DNA of 64,000 bases from Flavobacterium sp. (GCF_044373165.1 NZ_JBILQL010000005.1:1046-65045); one strand, 5' to 3'. Positions 8,169 through 19,000 are shown, counted from the first letter of the stretch. A program made the numbers and translations. The notes: generated from the letters alone by a model not told the origin.

Positions 8169-10103
8169 ATGGCTACGGAAAAGAAACCCAATAATTTTAA
8201 AATAAGTCCATGGTGGATTTACGCCGGATTAATCATTGTTTTTTTTGGATTGAATTTTATTGGCGGTTCCGGTTTTCAGGAAACTGCTAAAATTTCTTCA
8301 TCCAAATTCAATGAATATTTGGAAAAAGGACAAATCGAAAAAGTTGTCATTTACAATAAAACCGAAGGTGAAGCTTATCTTACAGCAGCCGCTTTAAAAG
8401 ACAAAGCACACAGCAAATTATCAAAAGACATGTTAGGCAATCCTAATAAAGGACCACATTACTCTTTTGATATCGGAAACGATGAAGTATTCCAAAACAA
8501 AATCGAAAAAGCCAAAATTGATGGTAAATTAAAAGATTACGATTTCAAACCAAAAAGCAATTGGACTGAAATCTTTATCAGCTTATTGCCTATCATCATT
8601 ATCATTGGTCTTTGGGTATTAATCATGCGCCGAATGTCAGGTGGCGGAGCCGGAGGCGGAGGCGGACAAATCTTCAATATCGGTAAATCCAGAGCCAAAT
8701 TATTTGACGAGAAAACCGATTTAAAAACTACTTTCAAAGATGTTGCCGGTTTAGAAGGTGCTAAAGAAGAAATCCAAGAAATTGTTGAATTCCTTAAAAA
8801 CCCTGAAAAATATACTACTCTGGGAGGTAAAATTCCCAAAGGCGCACTATTAGTCGGACCTCCGGGAACCGGTAAAACACTTCTTGCCAAGGCAGTGGCC
8901 GGAGAAGCCAAAGTACCTTTCTTCTCGCTTTCAGGATCTGATTTTGTGGAAATGTTTGTCGGAGTTGGAGCTTCTCGTGTTAGGGATTTATTCAAACAAG
9001 CCAAAGACAAAGCACCGGCTATCATCTTCATCGACGAAATTGATGCTGTGGGAAGAGCTCGTGGAAAAAATAATTTCTCCGGTTCCAACGATGAAAGAGA
9101 AAACACCTTAAATCAGTTATTAACTGAAATGGATGGTTTCGGAACTAATACGCACGTAATCGTATTAGCGGCCACCAATAGAGCCGATGTACTTGATAAA
9201 GCTTTGATGCGTGCCGGTCGTTTCGACCGTCAGATTTATGTGGACTTACCGGATGTGAGAGAGCGTAAAGAAATTTTCGAAGTGCACTTAAAACCACTCA
9301 AAAAAGTAGAGGGTTTAGACATCGATTTCTTGGCCAAACAAACCCCGGGATTTTCAGGTGCTGACATTGCAAATGTGTGTAATGAAGCGGCTCTAATTGC
9401 CGCCAGATATAATAAAACCGCGGTTGACAAACAGGATTTCTTAGATGCCGTTGATAGAATTGTAGGTGGTTTAGAAAAGAAAAACAAAATCGTTACTCCG
9501 GAAGAAAAACGCGCTATTGCCGTTCACGAAGCCGGTCACGCTACTGTTAGCTGGATGCTTGAACACGCAGCACCATTGGTGAAAGTTACTATTGTACCAC
9601 GCGGACAAAGTTTAGGTGCCGCCTGGTATTTACCAGAAGAGCGTTTAATTGTTCGTCCGGAACAAATGTTGGATGAAATGTGTGCCACTATGGGCGGACG
9701 AGCTGCAGAAAAAGTAATGTTCAACAAAATTTCAACCGGCGCTTTGAGCGATTTGGAAAAAGTAACCAAACAAGCACGAGCTATGGTTACCATTTACGGA
9801 CTAAACGACAAACTGGGAAACATAACTTACTACGATTCTTCAGGTCAAAGTGAATACAATTTCTCTAAACCTTATTCAGAAGAAACCGCATTGGTAATTG
9901 ACCAAGAGATTTCTGCCTTAATTGAAAATGAATACCAAAGAGCCATAAAAATACTTCAAGATAACAAAGAAAAACTGGAACAATTGTCCAACATTTTAAT
10001 TGAAAAAGAAGTGATTTTTAAAGACGATTTAGAGGCTATTTTCGGCAAAAGACCTTTCGATACTTCTACCGAAGAAACCTTTGCTGAAACCGTTAGCGAA
10101 TAA
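8169..10103 (+). CDS. ftsH: ATP-dependent zinc metalloprotease FtsH
   Basis: Two N-terminal TMs, Walker A GPPGTGKT, Walker [13 protein letters not shown] region, and HEAGHA zinc site. Confidence 0.97.
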   Translation: MATEKKPNNFKISPWWIYAGLIIVFFGLNFIGGSGFQETAKISSSKFNEYLEKGQIEKVVIYNKTEGEAYLTAAALKDKAHSKLSKDMLGNPNKGPHYSFDIGNDEVFQNKIEKAKIDGKLKDYDFKPKSNWTEIFISLLPIIIIIGLWVLIMRRMSGGGAGGGGGQIFNIGKSRAKLFDEKTDLKTTFKDVAGLEGAKEEIQEIVEFLKNPEKYTTLGGKIPKGALLVGPPGTGKTLLAKAVAGEAKVPFFSLSGSDFVEMFVGVGASRVRDLFKQAKDKAPAIIFIDEIDAVGRARGKNNFSGSNDERENTLNQLLTEMDGFGTNTHVIVLAATNRADVLDKALMRAGRFDRQIYVDLPDVRERKEIFEVHLKPLKKVEGLDIDFLAKQTPGFSGADIANVCNEAALIAARYNKTAVDKQDFLDAVDRIVGGLEKKNKIVTPEEKRAIAVHEAGHATVSWMLEHAAPLVKVTIVPRGQSLGAAWYLPEERLIVRPEQMLDEMCATMGGRAAEKVMFNKISTGALSDLEKVTKQARAMVTIYGLNDKLGNITYYDSSGQSEYNFSKPYSEETALVIDQEISALIENEYQRAIKILQDNKEKLEQLSNILIEKEVIFKDDLEAIFGKRPFDTSTEETFAETVSE

Positions 10104-10130
10104 GCCATACTGTTTTTTAACAATTTTTTA

Positions 10131-10171
10131 AAATCTTAATTCAAAACTTACTTTTGAATTAAGATTTTTTT
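10131..10171 (+). terminator. Rho-independent terminator after ftsH
   Basis: 14-bp stem ATCTTAATTCAAAA/TTTTGAATTAAGAT with a 5-nt loop, then a T-run. Confidence 0.75.
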
Positions 10172-10178
10172 ATCTTTG
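10171..10178 (+). promoter_or_regulatory. -7 promoter box (TATCTTTG) for the LUD-cdsA-psd block
   Basis: Exact TAnnTTTG match 40 nt upstream of the ATG at 10218. Confidence 0.4.
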
Positions 10179-10217
10179 AAGGATTTCAAATACCAAACCC
10201 GATTATAAACAACCAGC

Positions 10218-10823
10218 ATGAGTCTTTTCAGAAAAATATTTGGCACAGGTAACGATGCCTCTGACGAAGAAAGTCAAAGCGAATTCAACAATACTCCATC
10301 AAGCTTTTCGCTACTGCCAGTAGATGAAAAGTTTACCTATAATTTCAAAAAAAATGGCGGAAAGTTTTTGTATTGCGAAAACTTAAATGAAGTAAAAGAC
10401 CAGTTCCTGAATATTTTAGAAGAAAACGATTGGTTTGAATGCGAAGCCCTTTGCTATGAACCGAAATTGTTCAGCATGTTGGACGAAAACAAATTAAGCT
10501 ACGAAAAGCCGCAAAACCCTAAATTTTTGTTTGCCAGCTGCGAAAACCTTATTGCCGATGAAGGTTCAGTGCTGTTTTCCTCAAACCAAATCAAACAAAA
10601 CAAACCTAACGACTTACCTATCAACATTATAATCTTAGCCACTACCAGTCAAATCTTAGAATCAAAAAGTGATGGCCTACGTGTGATAAAAAAGAAATAC
10701 GACAAAGATTACCCCACGAATATTACTACCATCAAATATTTCGAAAAAGCTAAAGACGAAGACTTCCTGCAATATGGAAGCACAGCCAAGAATTTATACC
10801 TCTTGCTTTTAGAAGATTTATAA
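10218..10823 (+). CDS. LUD (lactate-utilization YkgG-like) domain protein
   Basis: 201 aa. The C-terminal pattern (ADEGSVLFSS ... IIILATTSQI) resembles LUD-domain proteins. Assigned from memory of the ftsH-LUD-cdsA synteny in Flavobacteriia. Confidence 0.6.
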   Translation: MSLFRKIFGTGNDASDEESQSEFNNTPSSFSLLPVDEKFTYNFKKNGGKFLYCENLNEVKDQFLNILEENDWFECEALCYEPKLFSMLDENKLSYEKPQNPKFLFASCENLIADEGSVLFSSNQIKQNKPNDLPINIIILATTSQILESKSDGLRVIKKKYDKDYPTNITTIKYFEKAKDEDFLQYGSTAKNLYLLLLEDL

Positions 10824-10824
10824 G

Positions 10825-11628
10825 ATGACAACTACCGTAACCAGAGCTTTATCCGGGGCAGTTTACGTAATGTTACTGGTTGGTGCCACACTTTATTCTC
10901 CCTACAGCTTTTTGTTGCTGTTTGGTTTTTTGTTACTGTTTTCCGTTGGAGAATTTTGCAAACTGGTTTCGCTAAAACCCATCATCCCACTCCTTATTGC
11001 CACAATTGGTTATGTACTTTTCAATTTAGACAATACAGTAAAAACTAATGAAATCTTATTGTTGATAGCTGCCCTACTGGTTTCTATACGTGCATTGTTG
11101 TTTTTATTTGAAAAGAAAAACCGCCATTTAGACACCCAAGCCAAATATGTTTTCTTAATAGGCTATTTGATTGTTCCGATGATCATTTTTACCAAAATTC
11201 CTTTTATTTCCAATAGTTACCATCCCGAAATTATTATTGCCATTTTAGCACTGATTTGGACCAACGATACTTTTGCTTACTTGGTAGGAATTACTCTTGG
11301 AAAAAACAAACTATTCGAAAGAATCTCTCCTAAAAAAACCATAGAAGGCTTTGCCGGAGGTTTAATCTTTGCCATGATTGCCGGAGTTTTATTAGCCAAA
11401 TTCTACTTAAACGAATCCATGGTTCGTTGGATTATTATCGCTTTATTAGTAACCACTTTTGGTACATTGGGAGATCTTATTGAATCGAAATTCAAAAGAA
11501 TAGCCGGCGTAAAAGACAGTGGCAATATCATGCCCGGTCATGGTGGTTTTCTAGATCGATTAGATAGTATTATATTTGTTGCACCGTTTATTTATTTGTT
11601 TTACCAAATTATCTATTATGTTTCATAA
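10825..11628 (+). CDS. cdsA: phosphatidate cytidylyltransferase
   Basis: Polytopic membrane protein with the CdsA signature SKFKRIAGVKDSGNIMPGHGGFLDRLDS. Confidence 0.88.
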   Translation: MTTTVTRALSGAVYVMLLVGATLYSPYSFLLLFGFLLLFSVGEFCKLVSLKPIIPLLIATIGYVLFNLDNTVKTNEILLLIAALLVSIRALLFLFEKKNRHLDTQAKYVFLIGYLIVPMIIFTKIPFISNSYHPEIIIAILALIWTNDTFAYLVGITLGKNKLFERISPKKTIEGFAGGLIFAMIAGVLLAKFYLNESMVRWIIIALLVTTFGTLGDLIESKFKRIAGVKDSGNIMPGHGGFLDRLDSIIFVAPFIYLFYQIIYYVS

Positions 11629-12268
11629 AGAAGGTTATAAAATCATTTTCATCGCTTTGGTCAGCTTTATTGCCACTCTGCTTTTGGCCGATAAATTTAT
11701 CACCTTACCATGGCTGAAAATGGCTGTTCAATTGCTGGTTTTGTTCTTCTTTGTAATGATTTTACAATTCTTCAGAAATCCGAATAGAAAAATCACACCA
11801 AACAAAAACACGATTTTAGCTCCGGTTGACGGAAAAGTAGTTGTAATTGAAGAAGTATTCGAAGAAGAATATTTCAAAGACAAACGCTTGCAGGTTTCCA
11901 TTTTCATGTCGCCCATCAACGTGCATGTTACTCGTTACGCTGCTTCGGGGAAAATTAAATTCAGCAAATACCATCCGGGGAAATATTTAGTAGCTTGGCA
12001 TCCTAAAGCCAGTACTGAAAACGAAAGAACCACTGTTGTAATAGAAACAGAAGCATTCGGCGAAATTTTATACCGACAAATTGCCGGTGCCTTAGCCCGT
12101 CGTATCGTTAACTACGCCGAAGAAGGCCAAGAGGTAACCCAAGGTGAGGATGCCGGATTCATCAAATTCGGTTCCCGTGTGGATATCTTCTTGCCACTTG
12201 GGACTCAAGTAGCGGTGCAATTACAACAAAAAGCGGTTGGCAATCAAACTGTAATTGTTTCAAAGTAA
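11618..12268 (+). CDS. psd: phosphatidylserine decarboxylase proenzyme
   Basis: MFHKEGYKI start at ATG 11618, overlapping the cdsA stop by 11 nt. PVDG, INVHV and FGSRVDIF (Gly-Ser self-cleavage region) motifs. Confidence 0.85.
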   Translation: MFHKEGYKIIFIALVSFIATLLLADKFITLPWLKMAVQLLVLFFFVMILQFFRNPNRKITPNKNTILAPVDGKVVVIEEVFEEEYFKDKRLQVSIFMSPINVHVTRYAASGKIKFSKYHPGKYLVAWHPKASTENERTTVVIETEAFGEILYRQIAGALARRIVNYAEEGQEVTQGEDAGFIKFGSRVDIFLPLGTQVAVQLQQKAVGNQTVIVSK

Positions 12269-12278
12269 AAGAAACGCC

Positions 12279-12554
12279 ATGTCGGAAAAAGACTTAGAGG
12301 CTCGATTCCTGGAAGCTGTTGCAATAGCTTCTGAAATGACACAATCTTCACTACCGCAAGATGTGCAATTGCGCTTATATGCTTACTATAAGCAAGCCAC
12401 TTTCGGAACCATAGAATACAATAATTCTGCTGCATTTGATTTGCGAAATGCTTTTAAAACCAATGCTTGGATGCAAATTAGCCACCTAACAGTAGAAGAA
12501 GCCAAAGAAGAATACATCAAAGCCATACATGCTATTGTAAATGAAAATAAATAA
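12279..12554 (+). CDS. acyl-CoA-binding protein (ACBP)
   Basis: 91 aa from ATG 12279. ACBP signature YAYYKQATFG, then NAWMQ ... EEAKEEYIKAI. Confidence 0.8.
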   Translation: MSEKDLEARFLEAVAIASEMTQSSLPQDVQLRLYAYYKQATFGTIEYNNSAAFDLRNAFKTNAWMQISHLTVEEAKEEYIKAIHAIVNENK

Positions 12555-12557
12555 ATC

Positions 12558-13334
12558 ATGAAAAAGATTGTTGTTGCCGTTTTATGTTTTTCGTTTGTAT
12601 TACTACTCCCTACTTGCCAACGAAAAAAACTAACTGAAGTGGTTGAAGTGCCACTTCCATCCGCAGAGGAAAAAGTAACTATAGGTCATCCCGATGACGT
12701 AAGTGCCGAAAGCGGTCAGTTTGCGCTCGCTAAGTTACCATACGAATACAACGCTTTAATGCCAAGTATTGATATCTTGACTATGGAAGTACACTATTCC
12801 AAACATTACTTGACATACACTAACAATTTAAACAAATTGGTCGCTGCAGATGCCAACATGGTAGATTTAGCCATTGAGGATATTCTCAAAAAATTGGATA
12901 TGAGCAATGCCGATTTACGCAACAATGCCGGCGGCTATTACAATCACACTCTGTTTTTTGAAGGCATGGCTCCAAAAAGCGGTGGTGAACCCAAAGATAC
13001 TTTGGCTACGGTAATCACAAGGGATTTTGGATCTTTTGAAGTGTTTAAAAACCAATTCGCTGACGCCGCTGAAAAACAATTCGGCTCCGGTTGGGCTTGG
13101 TTAGTAGTAGACAAAGCGGGAAAGTTATCAGTAACTTCAACCCCTAACCAAGACAATCCATTAATGCCGAATCAACCCGTAAAAGGAACACCTATTTTGT
13201 GTTTGGATGTTTGGGAACACGCTTATTATTTAGACTACCAATACAAGCGCAAAAAATACATTGAAGCTTTTTTCAAAGTAATCAATTGGAAAAAAGTTTC
13301 CGATAGGTATCTGGAAGCTAATATTGTCAAATAA
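12558..13334 (+). CDS. Fe/Mn superoxide dismutase with N-terminal export signal
   Basis: DVWEHAYYLDYQ signature and HYSKHY. About 55 extra N-terminal residues, including MKKIVVAVLCFSFVLLLPTC. Confidence 0.9.
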   Translation: MKKIVVAVLCFSFVLLLPTCQRKKLTEVVEVPLPSAEEKVTIGHPDDVSAESGQFALAKLPYEYNALMPSIDILTMEVHYSKHYLTYTNNLNKLVAADANMVDLAIEDILKKLDMSNADLRNNAGGYYNHTLFFEGMAPKSGGEPKDTLATVITRDFGSFEVFKNQFADAAEKQFGSGWAWLVVDKAGKLSVTSTPNQDNPLMPNQPVKGTPILCLDVWEHAYYLDYQYKRKKYIEAFFKVINWKKVSDRYLEANIVK

Positions 13335-13369
13335 AAAAATCCCTAATCTTTCGATTAGGGATTTTTTTT
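13335..13369. terminator. bidirectional terminator between sod and the M13 peptidase gene
   Basis: A-run, 10-bp stem ATCCCTAATC/GATTAGGGAT, tttc loop, T-run. It fills the whole 36-nt convergent gap. Confidence 0.8.
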
Positions 13370-13370
13370 A

Positions 13371-15410
13371 TTACCAAATCTCTACTTTGAGAGCATCCGA
13401 TCTTCGCATTTTACTTCCGGGTTTAATATTGAAAGCCTTATGGAAATCAGGGTTATTTTGTAACGGACCGTTGATTCTGAACTTAGCCGGCGCGTGAACA
13501 TCGGTTAACAATTGGTTGGCCAATGCTTCAGGTTTGATGTTTACCATCCAAGCATAACCGTAAGCCAAGAAGAAACGTTGCTCCGGTGTCAAACCACTGA
13601 TTTTTTCTTTGTTTTGGTACTGAGGTGTTTTCTTAAACGCTTCAAATCCCATGACAACACCACCTAAATCAGCTATATTCTCTCCTTGTGTAGCATCACC
13701 ATTGACAAATTTACCCGGTAAAGCTTCAAACTGACTGAACTGCTCTACGATTAATTTGGTTTTGGCTTTGAATTTTTTCAAATCTTCAGCCGTCCACCAA
13801 TTGTTTAAGTTGCCTTTTTCGTCATACTGACTGCCTTGATCGTCAAATCCGTGGGTAATTTCGTGACCAAAAGTTGATCCTCCAATAATACCATACAATA
13901 CAGCATCATCGGGCATTCTACCTTCAAATCCGGGTACCAAAATATTACAGGCCGGAACACAAATTTCGTTGTTACTCGGACTGTAATAAGCGTTGTACGT
14001 TTGCGGATACATTCCCCATTCTGTTCGGTCAACCGGTTTTCCGAATTTGGACACCATTTCATTAATGGCCCATTTGTTTGTGGCCATAACATTAGCCAAG
14101 AAAGTACCTCTGTTGATGGCAACACTACTCATGTCTTTCCATTTATCAGGATAGCCTACTTTCATGACAATTTTGCTCAATTTGAAAAGTGCTTTCTTCT
14201 TGGTTTCTTCACTCATCCAATCCAATTTTTTGATGCGCTCGGCGTAGACTGTTCGGATATTATTTCCAATTTCCAACAACTTCTCTTTAGAACCTTCCGG
14301 CAAATACTCTTTTACATAAACTTGTCCGATCAATTCACCCAAAGCACCATCGGTTTGTTCTACTATGCGTTTCCAACGAGGCTTTTGTTCTTTCACGCCG
14401 CTCATTACGGTAGAATAGAAATAAAAATTCTGCTTCTCTATGGCATTGTGCAAATAAGAGGCATAAGAATTTACTAAATCCCATTCTAAATAGGTCTTCC
14501 AATCTTCTATAGCGTAACTTTTTACCATTTGATTCAACGCTTTATAAAACTCGGGCTGACCAACGATAATGGTATCCGCATTTTTAATTCCCATTGAAGC
14601 AGTCATGGCTTTCCAATCGATATTAGGTGTAGCAGTATTCATTTGAGCCATACCCATTTTGTTATAGTTTTTTATCGGATCGCGAAGGGCTTCTAATTTT
14701 CTGGAGTTTTGTGCCAACTCGGTTTCCAATTTCATAATTACCGTTGCATTAGCTTTGGCTGCTGCGACAGGTTTGCCCATCAATTGTCCCATTTTTTCCA
14801 AATGCTTGACATATTCAGCGCGGATATTAACTGTTTCTTTATCGGTATTGAAATAGTAATCACGATTACCTAATCCTAATCCGCCTTGCCCTAAAAATAC
14901 GGCGTATTTGGCACTGTTTTTATCGTCTTGACCCACATACAATGAAAAAGCCGGATTGGCACCGATGGTATGCAAATAAGCCATAGTATTCAACAATGAC
15001 GGCACATCTTTGATAGCTTTGATTTTATCCAAATCGGCTCGCAACGGAGACAAACCCAACTTTTCAATTTGCAAAGTGTCCATCCCTGAAGCATAGAAAT
15101 CTCCGATTTTTTGTTCGTTACTGCCTTTAGGCGCATCGGTCATCTCGGCTGATTTTTCACAAATTTGTTTGATTTGCGAATTGATAGTATCCCCTATCGT
15201 TCGGAAAATACCGTTGCTTCGTTCACTGGCCGGAATGGGATTTCTTTTGAACCAACCGCCATTGGCATACATAAAAAAGTCATCGCCGGGATTAACCGTT
15301 GTGTCTCTGTTGGTCAATAAAGGATCGATAAATTCGGTTTCTTTTTGGTTACAGCTTACCAATGAAGCAAGCGAAAACATGCCAATGGTTAGTTTAGTTA
15401 TTAGTTTCAT
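13371..15410 (-). CDS. M13 family metallopeptidase (PepO/endothelin-converting-enzyme-like) lipoprotein
   Basis: HEITHGFD zinc motif and GENIADLGG. Signal peptide with lipobox LVSC, starting from the Met at 15410. Confidence 0.9.
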   Translation of the reverse strand: MKLITKLTIGMFSLASLVSCNQKETEFIDPLLTNRDTTVNPGDDFFMYANGGWFKRNPIPASERSNGIFRTIGDTINSQIKQICEKSAEMTDAPKGSNEQKIGDFYASGMDTLQIEKLGLSPLRADLDKIKAIKDVPSLLNTMAYLHTIGANPAFSLYVGQDDKNSAKYAVFLGQGGLGLGNRDYYFNTDKETVNIRAEYVKHLEKMGQLMGKPVAAAKANATVIMKLETELAQNSRKLEALRDPIKNYNKMGMAQMNTATPNIDWKAMTASMGIKNADTIIVGQPEFYKALNQMVKSYAIEDWKTYLEWDLVNSYASYLHNAIEKQNFYFYSTVMSGVKEQKPRWKRIVEQTDGALGELIGQVYVKEYLPEGSKEKLLEIGNNIRTVYAERIKKLDWMSEETKKKALFKLSKIVMKVGYPDKWKDMSSVAINRGTFLANVMATNKWAINEMVSKFGKPVDRTEWGMYPQTYNAYYSPSNNEICVPACNILVPGFEGRMPDDAVLYGIIGGSTFGHEITHGFDDQGSQYDEKGNLNNWWTAEDLKKFKAKTKLIVEQFSQFEALPGKFVNGDATQGENIADLGGVVMGFEAFKKTPQYQNKEKISGLTPEQRFFLAYGYAWMVNIKPEALANQLLTDVHAPAKFRINGPLQNNPDFHKAFNIKPGSKMRRSDALKVEIW

Positions 15411-15458
15411 AAAAGTACTTTTAAAGACAATTGGACTGCATTCATTACAAATTGTTAC

Positions 15459-15466
15459 CAAATGTA
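15459..15466 (-). promoter_or_regulatory. -7 promoter box (TACATTTG on the minus strand) for the M13 peptidase
   Basis: Exact TAnnTTTG match 49 nt upstream of the ATG at 15410. Confidence 0.35.
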
Positions 15467-15490
15467 ATGCTTTTGTAAAAAAAACAACAA

Positions 15491-15512
15491 TAAAAAACCA
15501 CCCGAAGGTGGC
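15491..15512 (-). terminator. terminator closing the RND operon
   Basis: Minus strand reads CCACC-ttcg-GGTGG followed by a T-run, directly after the DUF2892 stop. Confidence 0.75.
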
Positions 15513-15519
15513 TTAGTCA

Positions 15520-15705
15520 TTAGTCTTTTACTCCTAACTTGTCTAAAATATCTTCCATCAGACACCATTTGGTTATAGAAGACTGAAGTAAATTGGCTCC
15601 GACAAAAGCGGTAAACCACAGCCAATTCTGATTGACATAAATCGATAACAATAAGCTGATTAGGATAAACGCTCCCGCTACAGCTCTGACTATTCTGTTT
15701 TTCAT
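15520..15705 (-). CDS. DUF2892 (YgaP-like) small membrane protein
   Basis: 61 aa from ATG 15705. RIVRAVAGAFILISL ... GANLLQSSITKWC pattern of DUF2892. Confidence 0.7.
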   Translation of the reverse strand: MKNRIVRAVAGAFILISLLLSIYVNQNWLWFTAFVGANLLQSSITKWCLMEDILDKLGVKD

Positions 15706-15715
15706 AGTAGTATAT

Positions 15716-16021
15716 TTAATTAGATTTTTCGATGTTAAGTACGGCCACATTCACTTGTACTTTGGTTTCTTGTTTGGCATTAAAATCGGCAACAAGTTGG
15801 AATAGTAAATCAACATTTTCCTTTTTTACAAAAGCATAAAAAAGCAAAGATTCCGTTTCATTCATTTCGGATGCGAACCAGTTACTTTCGATAAATTCTT
15901 CAGAAACATCGCGGTAGCCAGTCACATTTCTGTAACTGAACGCTTTGACGTTGGCTTTCTTCAGCATCGATTTGATGTCTTTTTCAAATTCGGTTATGGC
16001 GGTGATGATTAATAGTTTCAT
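15716..16021 (-). CDS. small cytoplasmic protein, possibly P-II-like fold (function unknown)
   Basis: 101 aa, 19 nt after the RND gene. The MKLLIITAI ... start and alternating beta/alpha pattern recall P-II/DUF3240-type proteins found with RND pumps. This is a weak assignment. Confidence 0.45.
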   Translation of the reverse strand: MKLLIITAITEFEKDIKSMLKKANVKAFSYRNVTGYRDVSEEFIESNWFASEMNETESLLFYAFVKKENVDLLFQLVADFNAKQETKVQVNVAVLNIEKSN

Positions 16022-16040
16022 GACTTTAGGAATTAAGTTC

Positions 16041-19000
16041 TTATTCTTTTGTGTCTGTTGGTTTGTGCTCCCATTTTTTTCTTTCGGTGATATAATAAAT
16101 CAAAGGCACTACAATTAGTGTCAGCAATGTCGAAACAATCGCTCCAAAGACTAACGAAATCGCTAAACCTTGGAAAATTGGATCGAATAAAATAATCGAA
16201 GCTCCAATTACAACAGCTCCAGTAGTTAATAAAATTGGCGTAGTTCTAACAGCGCCGGCTTCAATGATAGCTTGTTTCAAAGGAACACCATCATTCAATC
16301 GGATTTCGATAAAGTCGATTAGTAAGACCGAATTTCGCACCATCACACCAGCCAAAGCAATCATTCCGATAAAAGATGTTGCGGTAAAGAAAGCACCCAA
16401 CAACCAGTGACCCAAAACAATTCCGACTAACGAAAGCGGTATCGCCATCATCATAACAATAGGCGTTTTGAAATTTTGGAACCAACCTACAATCAACATG
16501 TAAATAATGACAATCACAATTAAGAATGCAGCGCCTAAATCGCGGAAGACTTCTAAAGTAATTTGCCATTCGCCATCCCATTTTACGGTGAAATCACTTT
16601 CATCGGATGGTTGTTCCATGTAGAGTTCATTGACTTTATAGCCTTTAGGCAATTGCATTTTTTGGAGTTTTTCATTCATCCCCAAAATGGCGTACACCGG
16701 ACTTTCCAAATCGCCGGCCATATCGGCTGTTACATAAACGACGCGTTTTTGGTCTTTGCGGTAAATGGTTTTTTGCAAGGTATCTTGAACCACTTTAACC
16801 AAATCACTCACCGGCACTACATTACCGCGATTGCCTTTGATTTTCAAGCTTTGAATGTCTTGCAAACTCGTCTTATCCTTATCGTCTAAAGACAAAACAA
16901 TCCCTACATTGTCATTTGAATTTTCGTCGTACAAATTGGAAACCGGATATTCTTTTAACAAATAAGTCAAATTACCTACCACTTGTTGTGGCGCGATTCC
17001 GTTGAGCATGGCTTTTTCTTTATCAACTACTAATTTATATTCGGTTTGATTGTCCTCGGTCATCCAATCTACATCCACGATATCTGTGGTATTTTCCAGA
17101 ATATTTTTTACTTGATTGGCGACTTTGATTTGCTCTTTATAATTTGGACCGTAAATCTCGGCTACCAATGTGGATAATACCGGCGGTCCTGGCGGCACTT
17201 CTATAATTTTGACATTCGCAGCATATTTTTTGGCAATCTTTTGGATTTCGGGACGGACGATTTTCGCAATATCATGACTTTGCAAATCGCGGTCTTCTTT
17301 GTGCAACAAATTCACTTGTATATCGGCCATATTGCTACCGCCACGCATATCGTAATGACGTACCAAACCGTTAAACGTAATGGGTGCCGAAGTGCCAATA
17401 TAATTCTGATAATTCACGACTTCCGGAACGGTTGAAAGATATTGCGCAATTTCCTGAGTTACCGCAGCCGTTCTTTCTAAAGTGGTTCCTTCCGGCATGT
17501 CAATCACGACTTGGAATTCATTTTTATTGTCAAAAGGCAACATCTTCACTGCTACTGATTTGGTAAAAAACATCAAGACTGAACCAATTAATAATAAAAC
17601 GGTAATCCCTAACATCAATCGACGCTTTTTAGAACTTTCTAAAAACGGTCGTTCCATTTTGTTGTAGATTTTGTATATCCATGAGGTTTCCAATCCTTGC
17701 TCGGCTTTGTGTTCTTGGGTTTCTTTTTCGTGTAATAAATGGTAACCCAAATAAGGTGTAACGGTCAGCGCCACAAACAACGATAACAACATCGCAATCG
17801 AAGCACCAATCGGCATCGGACTCATGTAAGGTCCCATCATTCCGGATACAAAAGCCATCGGAAGAATAGCAGCAATTACTGTGAATGTGGCCAAAATGGT
17901 AGGATTTCCAACTTCGTTAATCGCATAAATAGCGGCTTGCTTAAAAGGCAATCGTCTCATTTTGAAGTGACGGTGCATGTTTTCGGCGATGATGATACTG
18001 TCGTCTACTACAATTCCCACTACAAAAACCAAGGCAAATAAGGTGATACGATTTAACGTGTAACCCAACATATAATAGGCGAAAAGCGTTAACGCAAAAG
18101 TCAATGGTACCGAAAAGAAAACCACCAAACCACCGCGCCAACCCATGGCTAGCATTACTAAAAGGGTAACTGCAATAATCGCAATTCCTAAGTGTAATAA
18201 CAACTCGCCTACTTTATCAGATGCCGTTTCTCCGTAGTTTCTCGTTACTTCTAAATGAACATCATCGGTAATAATGGTTTGTTTCAGATGCTCGACTTTC
18301 TCCAAAATCTTTTCAGAAATCTTCATCGCATCGGCACCTTTTACTTTACCGATAGAAATCGTTACAGCAGGATATTCCGAATTGTTTTTGGCGAATTTTT
18401 CATTGGCTTTGCCATATCCAAAAGACACATAACTTCTCGGCGTTGATGGTCCGTCTTGGACTGAAGCGACTTGCTTTAAATACACCGGCAAATTGGCATT
18501 AACGCCAACCACCAAGTTTTCAATATCTTCTGAGGTTTTCAAAAACTCGCCGGTAGTCAACAAATATTCTTTATCGGCTGAAACAAAACTGCCCGATTGT
18601 GAGCTGCCGTTATTGGCCTGAATCATTTGCATAATACTCAACGCATCGACACCGTTTTCCGCCATTTTATCTTTGTCTAACACCACTTTGACTTCGCGGT
18701 TTCGGCCACCGATTTCTTTGGTGATGGCTACATCTTTTACCTTTTCAATTTCCGAAGTCACTTCTTCGGCTATTTGACGGATTTCAAAATCGCTTAACTT
18801 TTCACTCCAAAGCGTCAAACCTAACATTGGAACATCGTCGATAGAACGTGTTTTTACCATCGGTTTGTAAACACCTTGCGGAAACATATTTTCGTGTTTG
18901 GCCAACTCATCGTATAGTTTAACATACGAGCGTTCAACATCTTGCCCAACATAAAACTGGACAATCAACATGGCCTGACCGTTCATCGCCATACTGTGCA

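Noticed and set aside
8537-9106. 189-aa antisense ORF inside ftsH (with shorter ones at 8884..9111, 9236..9487 and 9536..9793)
   Set aside because: It lies entirely opposite a very confidently identified ftsH. Its low-complexity Pro/Ser-rich translation is produced by the complement of the Gly-rich and AAA-motif codons. There is no independent start context.
14001-14477. 158-aa plus-strand ORF inside the M13 peptidase gene (and the minus-frame ORF at 13805..14125)
   Set aside because: These are shadow ORFs. The HExxH peptidase frame explains the region.
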